From Gemmatimonadales bacterium (GTDB taxonomy: Bacteria; Gemmatimonadota; Gemmatimonadetes; Gemmatimonadales; GWC2-71-9), in NCBI GenBank assembly GCA_035601435.1, contig DATNOH010000264.1, forward strand, positions 1-52,680: a DNA stretch of 52,680 nt. The letters are read 5' to 3'. Under the pieces are notes generated by a model that searched no databases, was not told the origin of the DNA, and saw only the letters and a list, made by a program, of their open reading frames with translations. Below, in pieces: positions 1 through 7,729 of the stretch. Within the stretch, counting starts at the first letter, position 1. Each line of letters begins with the position of its first letter. The position numbers and the translations under genes were made by a program.

Positions 1-1064
1 CAGGCGAGCCACAGCCCCGCGCCCGCCGCGGCGTGCCAGCGATCCGAGGGGTCCCGCCGGATCCAGACCCGCCCCGCGTCCGCCAGGCCCAAGATGCCCA
101 CGTCGGCAAACGACAAGCGACCGACCAAGAGGCGCAGCTCAGCGTTCCCATATGCCCCGCGCCGTCCGGCGAAGCGCTGCTCGACGTAGCCACGGACCGT
201 CGTGCCACCGCCAACATATACGAGCTCCTGGAACGGGACGGTCCCGGTCACCGCGGCGCCGCCCGCGCGGAGGGCGAGTGTCGCGGTTGGCGGGTCGCCT
301 GCCGAGACATAGGTCGACGCCTCCGCCGAGACGCTCCCGAACTGGTGGACTGCGTCCCAGACGGCGGGATGCCACTGTCCGACGATGCTCACACGCACGC
401 CGCGCGCCGGCGCGACCGTGTGGTCACGCGTGTCGAGCTCGAGCCCCGCGCTCGCCTCGACCTGACCGAAGTCCCCCGTGCCGTAGGGACTTGTCGTGGC
501 GAGCACCGTGCCGGGATCGCTCGGGGTGTGAGCGTACTTGACCGACGATCCCACGGTGAACCGCAGGCGCGGCGTGAGCGGTATCGCCACGCGCGGCGCG
601 ATGAGCACCTGCCGCTGGCGCACCCGATACACGCTGTCGGCCTGCGAACCGTCGGTGTCGTTGCCTACTCCGTAGAACCGAATCAGCTCGAGACCAGACG
701 TGCGCAGCTCGATGTAGAGAATCGCAGGCAGGAGCGGCCGCCGGAACTCACCTGCCACGTCGACGCGGTACCTGCTGGCGCTGGTCGCGTAGGCGGCCTC
801 CGCCAGCAGGCGCGTGCTCGGCGGCAGCGCGCGGAATCCGTACCGGGTGTGCAGAACTCCCGCACCGATCAGCAGTCCGAAATCCGGGGAGTAACTCACG
901 CCGAAGAGCGGCACCGTTTGGGGCTGCCAGGCGTCCGGGCCGCCCTGCCCCGCGACATCGCCTCCGACGAGGGCGAAAGCCGCGAAGAGCTGTATTCGGC
1001 GGGTCAGCCGCGCCATGAGCCGGAACATCCCGCCGCAGCGTCGCGGCAGCAAGGCTTGGCGCAT
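1..1064 (-). CDS. Omp85/bacterial surface antigen (D15)-type outer-membrane beta-barrel protein; the 3' end runs off the left edge
   Basis: Not in the ORF track because there is no stop inside the window. My reverse-strand translation from ATG 1064 reads MRQALLPRRCGGMFRLMARLTRRIQLFAAFALVGG...FGVSYSPDFGLLIGAGVLHTRYGF... and continues open to position 1. It contains VGGGTTVRGYVEQRFAGRRGAYGNAELRL...GLADAGRVW...AAAGAGLWL, which is typical of surface-antigen barrels. The listed + ORF 33..1082 is Arg-rich antisense noise. Confidence 0.55.
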   Translation of the reverse strand, partial: MRQALLPRRCGGMFRLMARLTRRIQLFAAFALVGGDVAGQGGPDAWQPQTVPLFGVSYSPDFGLLIGAGVLHTRYGFRALPPSTRLLAEAAYATSASRYRVDVAGEFRRPLLPAILYIELRTSGLELIRFYGVGNDTDGSQADSVYRVRQRQVLIAPRVAIPLTPRLRFTVGSSVKYAHTPSDPGTVLATTSPYGTGDFGQVEASAGLELDTRDHTVAPARGVRVSIVGQWHPAVWDAVHQFGSVSAEASTYVSAGDPPTATLALRAGGAAVTGTVPFQELVYVGGGTTVRGYVEQRFAGRRGAYGNAELRLLVGRLSFADVGILGLADAGRVWIRRDPSDRWHAAAGAGLWLA

Positions 1065-1078
1065 ACTATTCACGCTAG

Positions 1079-3142
1079 ATGAGATCGGGTCCTGAACGGC
1101 ACCTTCACGAAGAGCGAAGGCTTCGTGCGGGAGTGCGCCCGCCTGTAGACCACGCGCAGTCCCAACACGCCCACATGGTGGACGACTTCCGCCACCGCTT
1201 CTGGGTGTCGCTGGCGCTCACCGTTCCCGTCCTCGCGACGTCCGAGATGATCCAGCACTTCCTCGGTCTCCGGGCGACATTGGCGTTCCCGGGCGATCGC
1301 TACGTGGAGTTCGCCTTCGCCTCGGGCGTCTACTTCTACGGCGGCTGGCCGTTCCTCACCGGGCTCGTGGACGAGGTCCGGCAGAGGCTGCCGGGGATGA
1401 TGACCCTCGTCGCCCTCGCGATCACGGTGGCCTACGTCTACAGCGCGCTTGTCGTTTTCGGGCTCCCTGGGAGCGTGTTCTTCTGGGAAGCGGCAACGCT
1501 GATCGACATCATGCTGCTCGGCCACTGGATCGAGATGCGCTCGGTGCTCGGCGCCTCGCGGGCCCTCGAGCAGCTCGTGCGACTGCTCCCCGCCGAGGCG
1601 CATCGCGTCCGGGCAGACGGCTCTGTCGAAGAGGTCCCGATCGATGTGCTGCGGCCGGGTGACCGGGTGCTCGTCAAGCCCGGCGAAAAGATCCCGACCG
1701 ACGGGCGAATCGTGCAAGGCGGCACCAGCGTCAACCAGGCCATGCTGACCGGCGAGTCCCAGCCGGTGGAGAAAGGCGCGGGCGACGAGGTCATCGGGGG
1801 CGCTGTGAACGGCGAAGGCGCGATCACCATCGAGGTCCGCCGGACCGGCACCGACACCTACCTCTCTCAGGTCATCGAGCTGGTGCGTAGGGCGCAGGAG
1901 ACACGTTCCCGCACACAGGATCTCGCAAACCGCGCCGCCCTTTGGCTCACGCTGACCGCCATCGCCGGCGGAACGCTTACGCTCATGGCCTGGCTGGGAG
2001 CAGGCCGCGAGTTCAGCTTCGCGCTGGAGCGCACGGTGACGGTAATGGTGATCACCTGCCCGCATGCCCTCGGCCTCGCGGTGCCGCTGGTCGTGGCGGT
2101 GTCCACCGCCCTCTCTGCCCGGCAGGGGCTCCTGATCCGCGACCGCTCCGCGTTCGAGCGAGCCCGCGAGCTGGACGCCGTCGTGTTCGACAAGACCGGC
2201 ACGTTGACGGAGGGACGCTTCGGCGTCACGGACATCGAACCACTCGACGGACGGACCGAGCACGACATCCTGCGCCTCGCAGCCGCACTCGAGAGCCGTT
2301 CGGAGCACCCGATCGCCGCCGGGATCGTGCGGGCGGCGAGGGAACGCGCCGTGCAGTATCCGGCGCCCGAGGGGTTCGCCGCCATCCCAGGGAAGGGCGC
2401 GCAGGGTATAGTGGACGGCGTGGCCATCAAGGTCGTGAGCCCCGGTTACCTCAGGGACCAGGGGCTAGGGGCTCGGGACCAGGAGGAACGCGCTCGCCGT
2501 CTCGCGGCTCAAGGGAAGACGGTCGTCTACGTGCTAGCGGACGGGGCCCCGATCGGAGCCATCGCGTTGGCCGACATTGTCCGCAAGGAGTCGCGCGAGG
2601 CAGTGCAACGCCTTAAGGCAATGGGCATCAAGCCGATCATGCTCACGGGCGACTCGGCCGCCGTGGCTCGCTGGGTCGCCGCCGAACTCGGCCTGGACGA
2701 TTACTTCGCCGAGGTGTTGCCGGACCAGAAGGCGGCGAAAATCGAGGAGGTGAAGCGACGGGGTCTCACCGTCGCCATGGTCGGCGACGGCGTAAACGAC
2801 GCTCCCGCGCTCGTCGCTGCGGACGTCGGCATCGCGATCGGCGCGGGCACCGATGTGGCGATCGAAGCGGCGGACATCGTCCTGGTGCGCTCCGATCCGC
2901 GGGACGTGCCGGCGCTGGTTCAGCTCGCTCGAGCGACCTATCGCAAGATGGTGCAGAACCTCTGGTGGGCAACGGGCTACAACGCGGTCGCGATCCCGCT
3001 CGCCGCGGGCGTGCTGGCTCGCGCCGGGATTCTGCTCTCGCCGGCGCTGGGCGCGGTCCTCATGTCCGCATCGACCGTTGTGGTGGCGCTGAACGCCCAG
3101 CTGCTGGGGCGGGGCCGCCCGCAACTACCGGTGTATAATTGA
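1079..3142 (+). CDS. copB: Heavy-metal P-type ATPase, P1B-3 (CopB-type copper exporter)
   Basis: 687-aa ORF. Motifs read directly: [16 protein letters not shown] (CPH), [15 protein letters not shown], and GYN...MSAST in the last TM helices. CPH plus MSxST is the P1B-3 signature. There is no CxxC HMA domain, only a short His-containing N-terminus (HAQSQHAHM). Alternative start at M33 (1175). Confidence 0.85.
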   Translation: MRSGPERHLHEERRLRAGVRPPVDHAQSQHAHMVDDFRHRFWVSLALTVPVLATSEMIQHFLGLRATLAFPGDRYVEFAFASGVYFYGGWPFLTGLVDEVRQRLPGMMTLVALAITVAYVYSALVVFGLPGSVFFWEAATLIDIMLLGHWIEMRSVLGASRALEQLVRLLPAEAHRVRADGSVEEVPIDVLRPGDRVLVKPGEKIPTDGRIVQGGTSVNQAMLTGESQPVEKGAGDEVIGGAVNGEGAITIEVRRTGTDTYLSQVIELVRRAQETRSRTQDLANRAALWLTLTAIAGGTLTLMAWLGAGREFSFALERTVTVMVITCPHALGLAVPLVVAVSTALSARQGLLIRDRSAFERARELDAVVFDKTGTLTEGRFGVTDIEPLDGRTEHDILRLAAALESRSEHPIAAGIVRAARERAVQYPAPEGFAAIPGKGAQGIVDGVAIKVVSPGYLRDQGLGARDQEERARRLAAQGKTVVYVLADGAPIGAIALADIVRKESREAVQRLKAMGIKPIMLTGDSAAVARWVAAELGLDDYFAEVLPDQKAAKIEEVKRRGLTVAMVGDGVNDAPALVAADVGIAIGAGTDVAIEAADIVLVRSDPRDVPALVQLARATYRKMVQNLWWATGYNAVAIPLAAGVLARAGILLSPALGAVLMSASTVVVALNAQLLGRGRPQLPVYN

Positions 3143-3146
3143 CGCG

Positions 3147-3545
3147 ATGAAACCCCGTCGGCGTTATCCAATGCTGGTGCGAGCCTTCGCCTCCGCCGCG
3201 GCGCTCGCCGTTGCCGCGGAGGGCGGCGGCGTGCCGATGTGTGCCTCGCTCTTGGCCGAAGCCGCGGCGCCGTGCGCGATGCACAGCGCAGGCGTACACC
3301 GGGCGTATCACCCTGGGGTCGCGAGTGTAGTCGCGGCGTCGGCGGGCCACGACGGCTGTCATGTGGATGCCGCGAGCCCCGGCTGCGCCGCCGGCGGCAC
3401 GTGTCCGACCGGTGGGACCGCCGCCTTGGTGTGGATCAATATCCCGATCGCGCCGCGGGCGGCCTCGCGCACTGTGGCCGCGGGACCGAGTTCCGCGCTG
3501 ATTTCCTACCTCGCTCCACCACTCGCTCCTCCTCCTCAAGCCTAG
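3147..3545 (+). CDS. Small Cys/His-rich protein with an N-terminal signal-like segment (hypothetical, possibly metal-related)
   Basis: 132 aa, starting 5 nt after the copB stop. Basic N-terminus plus a hydrophobic stretch (MLVRAFASAAALAVAA). Cys/His motifs: PMCASL, PCAMHSAGVH, GHDGCHVD, PGCAAGGTCP. Third-codon positions are mostly G/C in this frame. No clear RBS. Confidence 0.5.
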   Translation: MKPRRRYPMLVRAFASAAALAVAAEGGGVPMCASLLAEAAAPCAMHSAGVHRAYHPGVASVVAASAGHDGCHVDAASPGCAAGGTCPTGGTAALVWINIPIAPRAASRTVAAGPSSALISYLAPPLAPPPQA

Positions 3546-3621
3546 TCGGCCATCCCAGATGTGGTGTGTCCGCGCCGCACGTGCGGCGCGTGCCCGACTT
3601 TGGCTTTGAGGAGATTTTGAT

Positions 3622-4890
3622 ATGCGACGGCTGTTGCTGGCGCTCATTGCTTGCGGGACGTGGCCGCTCCAAGCACAGATGCATATGCAGCATTCAATGA
3701 AGATGGATGAGAGACCTCTCGGCATCCCGGAGTCACGGATGGGGTCGGGCACGTCCTGGCTTCCCGACACTTCCCCGATGCACGCCGCCCATTTCATGGT
3801 CGGCGAGTGGACCCTGATGCTGCACGGGAGGGGCTTCGTTCAATACGACTGGCAGCAAGGTTCCCGCGGCGGCAATCAGCTCGGCGTCACCAATTGGGTC
3901 ATGGCGGCCGCGAGCCGCTCCCTCGGTGGCGGCCGGCTCGAGCTCCGCGGCATGCTCAGCGTCGAGCCGTGGACCATCGGGGCTCGAGGCTACCCGCTGC
4001 TCCTGCAGTCGGGCGAGTCCTACGGGGGAGCGCCGTTGCATGATCGGCAGCACCCGCACGACCTCTTCATGGAGCTCGCGGCACTGTACGAGCGACCCGT
4101 GGTGCGGGATCTCGCGCTGTCATTCTATGTCGCGGCGGTGGGCGAGCCGGCGGTCGGGCCGGTGGCATTCCCCCACCGACCGTCTGCCGCCGACGATCCG
4201 CTCGCCCCAATCTCCCACCATTGGCAGGACGGCACGCACATCACGTTCGGTGTGGTGACGGCGGGGGTGTTCACGCGTGGGGTTAAGCTCGAGGGCTCGT
4301 GGTTCAACGGCCGGGAGCCCGACGAGCAACGCACCGGCTTCGACTACTCGGGCCGGAAGCTCGATTCCTACAGCGTTCGGATGACGGCGAACCCGGGGCC
4401 GCGCTGGAGTGTGTCGGCCTGGTACGCCTACTTGAAGAGCCCTGAAGTGCTGCACCCGGTTGAGTCGCTCCACCGCTACGGTGCGGCGGCACTCACGACA
4501 CAGCCGTTCGGTCGGCGCGGGCGATGGGCGAGCGCGCTCATCTGGGGGGCGAACGACCAGATCGGCGCCGGGCAGCCGTCGCACAGCGTCGTGCTCGAGT
4601 CCAATCTCGACCTCGACGGGACGAACGCCGTGTTCGGTCGCGTCGAGTACGTCCGCAAGAGCGCCCAGGAGCTCGTGATCCCCTCGGTGTCACCGACCGT
4701 GGAATACGACGTGGCCGCGTTGGCGCTCGGCTACCGGCGTACGGTTGGGACCTTCGCCGGGCTCGCGGCGGGCGTGGGCGCTCGCGGATCGGTCAACCTT
4801 GTCCCGACGAGCCTCCAACCCGAGTACGGCAGCGAGACGCCGGTTGGACTGGCGGTCTACCTACAACTGCGGCCGTCCGGCGCTCATTGA
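3622..4890 (+). CDS. Secreted/outer-membrane beta-barrel-like protein with a Met/His-rich N-terminus (hypothetical)
   Basis: 422 aa. Signal peptide MRRLLLALIACGTWPLQAQ, followed by MHMQHSMKMDE. Alternating beta-strand-like composition and an aromatic-rich C-terminal part (VGLAVYLQL). Lies in the metal-resistance neighbourhood. Confidence 0.7.
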   Translation: MRRLLLALIACGTWPLQAQMHMQHSMKMDERPLGIPESRMGSGTSWLPDTSPMHAAHFMVGEWTLMLHGRGFVQYDWQQGSRGGNQLGVTNWVMAAASRSLGGGRLELRGMLSVEPWTIGARGYPLLLQSGESYGGAPLHDRQHPHDLFMELAALYERPVVRDLALSFYVAAVGEPAVGPVAFPHRPSAADDPLAPISHHWQDGTHITFGVVTAGVFTRGVKLEGSWFNGREPDEQRTGFDYSGRKLDSYSVRMTANPGPRWSVSAWYAYLKSPEVLHPVESLHRYGAAALTTQPFGRRGRWASALIWGANDQIGAGQPSHSVVLESNLDLDGTNAVFGRVEYVRKSAQELVIPSVSPTVEYDVAALALGYRRTVGTFAGLAAGVGARGSVNLVPTSLQPEYGSETPVGLAVYLQLRPSGAH

Positions 4891-4913
4891 TATATCAATA
4901 TAACTTGATATAT
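4887..4913. promoter_or_regulatory. AT-rich palindrome/direct repeat immediately upstream of arsR; candidate ArsR operator overlapping its promoter
   Basis: ATATATCAA (4890-4898), spacer TATAAC, then TTGATATAT (4905-4913) form a perfect 9-bp inverted repeat. TTGATATAT also occurs at 4887-4895 as a direct repeat. The site ends 8 nt before the arsR ATG (4921). It is the only strongly AT-rich patch in a GC-rich context. Confidence 0.5.
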
Positions 4914-4920
4914 TGCGATC

Positions 4921-5247
4921 ATGCCCACGACCACCGTTCCCCACACCGGCCGAGCCGCCCAGCTCTTCCACGCGCTCTCAGATGAGACGCGACTCGAGAT
5001 CGTGCGGCTCTTGTCGCACGGGGAGCGCTGCGTGTGCGAGCTGCAGAGCGTCCTCGATGCGGCGCAATCACGCCTGTCCTTCCATTTGAAGACGCTGAAG
5101 GACGCAGGGCTCGTGAGCGACCGGCGGGACGGTCGCTGGATCTACTATGCCTTGAACCGCGATGCACTGGACGAGATCGCCGAGTTCGCTTCCGGGGTGA
5201 AGCCGGGGAGGCACGCCGGGAGCTGCGCGCAGGCCTGCTGCGAGTGA
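4921..5247 (+). CDS. arsR: ArsR/SmtB-family metalloregulator
   Basis: 108 aa. LFHALSDETRLEIVRLL...ERCVCELQSVL...SRLSFHLKTLKDAGLV...GRWIYYAL is a winged HTH with the CVC As(III)-binding motif. Confidence 0.9.
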   Translation: MPTTTVPHTGRAAQLFHALSDETRLEIVRLLSHGERCVCELQSVLDAAQSRLSFHLKTLKDAGLVSDRRDGRWIYYALNRDALDEIAEFASGVKPGRHAGSCAQACCE

Positions 5248-5261
5248 GGAAACGTGGTCGT

Positions 5262-6020
5262 ATGGGCGGCGACGAGGTCAAGCGGACAGTGAAGCAGAAG
5301 TACGGACAGGCTGCGCTCGGCGTGGCCGGCGGGGAGCGGGGGAGCTGTGGCGGGGCCAGTAGCTGCGGGTGTGACCCGGTCAGCTCGAACCTCTACGATC
5401 CTGCCGAGACGGCGACGCTTCCCGCAGGGGCCGTGCTCGCATCACTCGGCTGCGGCAATCCCACCGCACTGGCCGAGCTCCACGAGGGTGAGGTGGTGCT
5501 CGACTTGGGGTCCGGAGGCGGCATCGATGTCCTGCTATCCGCCAGGCGCGTGGGGCCGACCGGAAAGGCCTACGGTCTCGACATGACTGAGGAGATGCTC
5601 GCCCTGGCGCGCGAGAACCAGCGCCAGGCGGGGGTTGCGAACGTGGAGTTCCTCAAGGGCGAGATCGAGCAGATCCCTCTGCCGGATGCATCGGTGGACG
5701 TGATCATTTCGAACTGCGTGATCAACCTCGCGGCCGACAAACGTCGGGTCTTGCGCGAAGCATTCCGCGTTCTCAGACCGGGCGGGCGGTTTGCCGTGTC
5801 GGACGTGGTGGTCCGGGGAGAAGTGGCGGCTGCCGTGCGGCGCAGCATGGAGCTGTGGGTGGGGTGTGTCGCCGGAGCCCTGGAGGAGGCTGAGTATCAG
5901 CGGCTGCTTGCGGAGGCCGGGTTCGACGGGATCGGTGTGGAGCCCACTCGGATCTACCAGGGCGAGGGCGCGGACCAGATCATGGGAGCGTTCGTGCGCG
6001 CGCGGAAGCCGCGCGACTAA
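5262..6020 (+). CDS. arsM: Arsenite S-adenosylmethionine methyltransferase
   Basis: Start reset to ATG 5262 ([15 protein letters not shown]...) inside track ORF 5034..6020, because the upstream part overlaps arsR. SAM-binding motif VLDLGSGGG. Conserved Cys clusters [15 protein letters not shown] and ISNCVINL. Confidence 0.85.
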   Translation: MGGDEVKRTVKQKYGQAALGVAGGERGSCGGASSCGCDPVSSNLYDPAETATLPAGAVLASLGCGNPTALAELHEGEVVLDLGSGGGIDVLLSARRVGPTGKAYGLDMTEEMLALARENQRQAGVANVEFLKGEIEQIPLPDASVDVIISNCVINLAADKRRVLREAFRVLRPGGRFAVSDVVVRGEVAAAVRRSMELWVGCVAGALEEAEYQRLLAEAGFDGIGVEPTRIYQGEGADQIMGAFVRARKPRD

Positions 6021-6022
6021 CC

Positions 6023-6496
6023 GTGTTCCGCGTTCTGTTTCTCTGCACCGGGAATTCCGCCCGCAGCCAGATGGCCGAGGCCCTGCTCAACTGGAAAGGC
6101 AGAGAGCGATTTCACGCCGAGAGCGCCGGCTCGCGCCCCGCCGATCGCGTGAATCCCCACGCGATCGAGACGCTGCGCGAGTACAACGTGCCCTGGCACG
6201 GCCACGCCCCTCGCGGTATCGACGGGTTGGAGCGGGAGTCCTGGGACTGCGTGGTCACGGTGTGCGACCGAGCGAAGGAGTCGTGCCCGATCTTTCCCGG
6301 CCAGCCGATCATGGCGCATTGGGGCATGCCGGACCCCGCCGATGTCGCGGGCGACGAAGCCAAGCAACGCAAGGCGTTTGAAGCAGCGTTTCTGTTGTTG
6401 AGTCGACGAATCGATTTACTGTTGGCCCTACCGATCGGGAAGCTCGAGCGGCTCACGCTCGAGGCCCGGGTGCGGACGATCGGCCATCAGCCCTGA
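6023..6496 (+). CDS. arsC: Arsenate reductase, LMW-PTP (thioredoxin-coupled) type
   Basis: 157 aa. VLFLCTGNSARSQMAEAL contains the CX5R P-loop, and ...VVTVCDRAKESCP supplies the downstream Cys pair. GTG start 2 nt after the arsM stop. Confidence 0.9.
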   Translation: MFRVLFLCTGNSARSQMAEALLNWKGRERFHAESAGSRPADRVNPHAIETLREYNVPWHGHAPRGIDGLERESWDCVVTVCDRAKESCPIFPGQPIMAHWGMPDPADVAGDEAKQRKAFEAAFLLLSRRIDLLLALPIGKLERLTLEARVRTIGHQP

Positions 6497-6705
6497 TCGG
6501 CCGACCGTCGCCACAGCGACGACCCAAAGGCCAGACCGGCCACGATGACGTTGGCCGCGATGATGGGGAGAGAATGGATCAGCACGCCGTAGGTGGCCCA
6601 AGCCAGGGCGGCGAGCCCCTGGACGCGGCGGAGCGTCGTTGTTCGTTTGCAGAAGTAGGAAATCGCGAAGATGGCCGTCGCTAGCCACCCCACCAGGTCA
6701 GGCAT
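6487..6705 (-). CDS. Small integral membrane protein (2-3 TM helices, hypothetical)
   Basis: 72 aa. Hydrophobic helices (WLATAIFAISYF, GLAALAWATYGVLI, IIAANVIVAGLAFG). Its 3' end overlaps the arsC 3' end by 10 nt, convergently. Confidence 0.55.
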   Translation of the reverse strand: MPDLVGWLATAIFAISYFCKRTTTLRRVQGLAALAWATYGVLIHSLPIIAANVIVAGLAFGSSLWRRSADQG

Positions 6706-6720
6706 GCGCGCGCTCTCGCG

Positions 6721-7521
6721 TCACGCAACCATCGGCGGCGACGCGTCCGTCTCTCGAATGGTGAGGAGATCGGTCTGCACTTTGTCCCATTCCTGGAGCA
6801 CTAGTCCACGGGACTCGAACAGTGCGTGAATGCCGCCCGCGTCCATGCCGACGATGTCTTCCAGGATGGGGACGAGGACGCTGACCGCGTCGTCGCTCAG
6901 CACCGTGCGCTTCGCGATCTGCGCGAGGTACTTGTTCTCGGACACGGCGATCGTGAGTCCGTTCAAGCGGTTGACGTGCAGCATCACGTGAATGTCGGAG
7001 CTGCCGTCGCCCACGTAAATCACCCGGTCGTGGCCCACCGGCAGCTTGGCGCGGAGCTCCTCGAGCAGCGCTACCTTGCCATATCCGGCGGTGACCCGCT
7101 CGATCGCCTGGATCTCGCCCGACGCCGGGTCGTAGCGGAACCGCGTCCCGTAGATATGGTCCGGGGAGACGATTCCGTCCAGCGCCGACTGGATCACTTC
7201 CTGGGGAGCGGCGGAGATGACGTAGAAGGCGAAGTCGTACCCGTTCAGCTCGCCCAGCAGGCGCGGCAGCAGGCTCAGGTTTTGCTTCAGACGGACCCGC
7301 TTACCCACCTCGACCAGGTGCTCTTTCCGGACCCGCCGGTACTCCGGGTCGTGGAGCAGCAGATACGCCAGCTCCGCCCCCTGCTGCACCAGATGGATGC
7401 GGGACAGCCCGGCGGTCTTTTCGCGAAAGTCGGAAATGCCCAGCAGCTCGCTCAGGATGATCCCCGAGTCGTTGAAGCTGAGGGTTTGGTCGAAGTCGCT
7501 TGCCAGCAGATATCGCTTCAT
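6721..7521 (-). CDS. HAD-superfamily hydrolase (phosphoserine-phosphatase-like)
   Basis: Start reset to ATG 7521 ([15 protein letters not shown]...), preceded by GAGGAA. The DxD nucleophile motif is SDFDQT, and the motif IV is YVGDGSSD. The upstream 30 codons of the track ORF have no support. Confidence 0.8.
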   Translation of the reverse strand: MKRYLLASDFDQTLSFNDSGIILSELLGISDFREKTAGLSRIHLVQQGAELAYLLLHDPEYRRVRKEHLVEVGKRVRLKQNLSLLPRLLGELNGYDFAFYVISAAPQEVIQSALDGIVSPDHIYGTRFRYDPASGEIQAIERVTAGYGKVALLEELRAKLPVGHDRVIYVGDGSSDIHVMLHVNRLNGLTIAVSENKYLAQIAKRTVLSDDAVSVLVPILEDIVGMDAGGIHALFESRGLVLQEWDKVQTDLLTIRETDASPPMVA

Positions 7522-7729
7522 CAGTCGTTCCTCACTCGTCGATACCAAATCAACGCCCCCCACCGGGGACAGCTCCGGAGGGGGGCGTTGGCACACGACG
7601 GTGCCACCCAACGGGCCGGCTCGTTCAGGGACTCGCCCAGCGGCAATTGGAGTTCAACACCGCGTTATGCATCCTGGGTTCCACTTTCTTGAGTTCTGAT
7701 ACGCACTCTAGACACGACCGTAACATGTG

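Noticed and set aside
1070-2308. 412-aa minus-strand ORF, and other ORFs overlapping copB
   Set aside because: Antisense to the P-type ATPase, which has every canonical motif.
7612-7729. 118-nt spacer checked for a tRNA or small RNA
   Set aside because: No cloverleaf-compatible arms or T-loop (GTTCRANYC) consensus. The other spacers over 100 nt (39066-39194, 51973-52109) also lack tRNA features.
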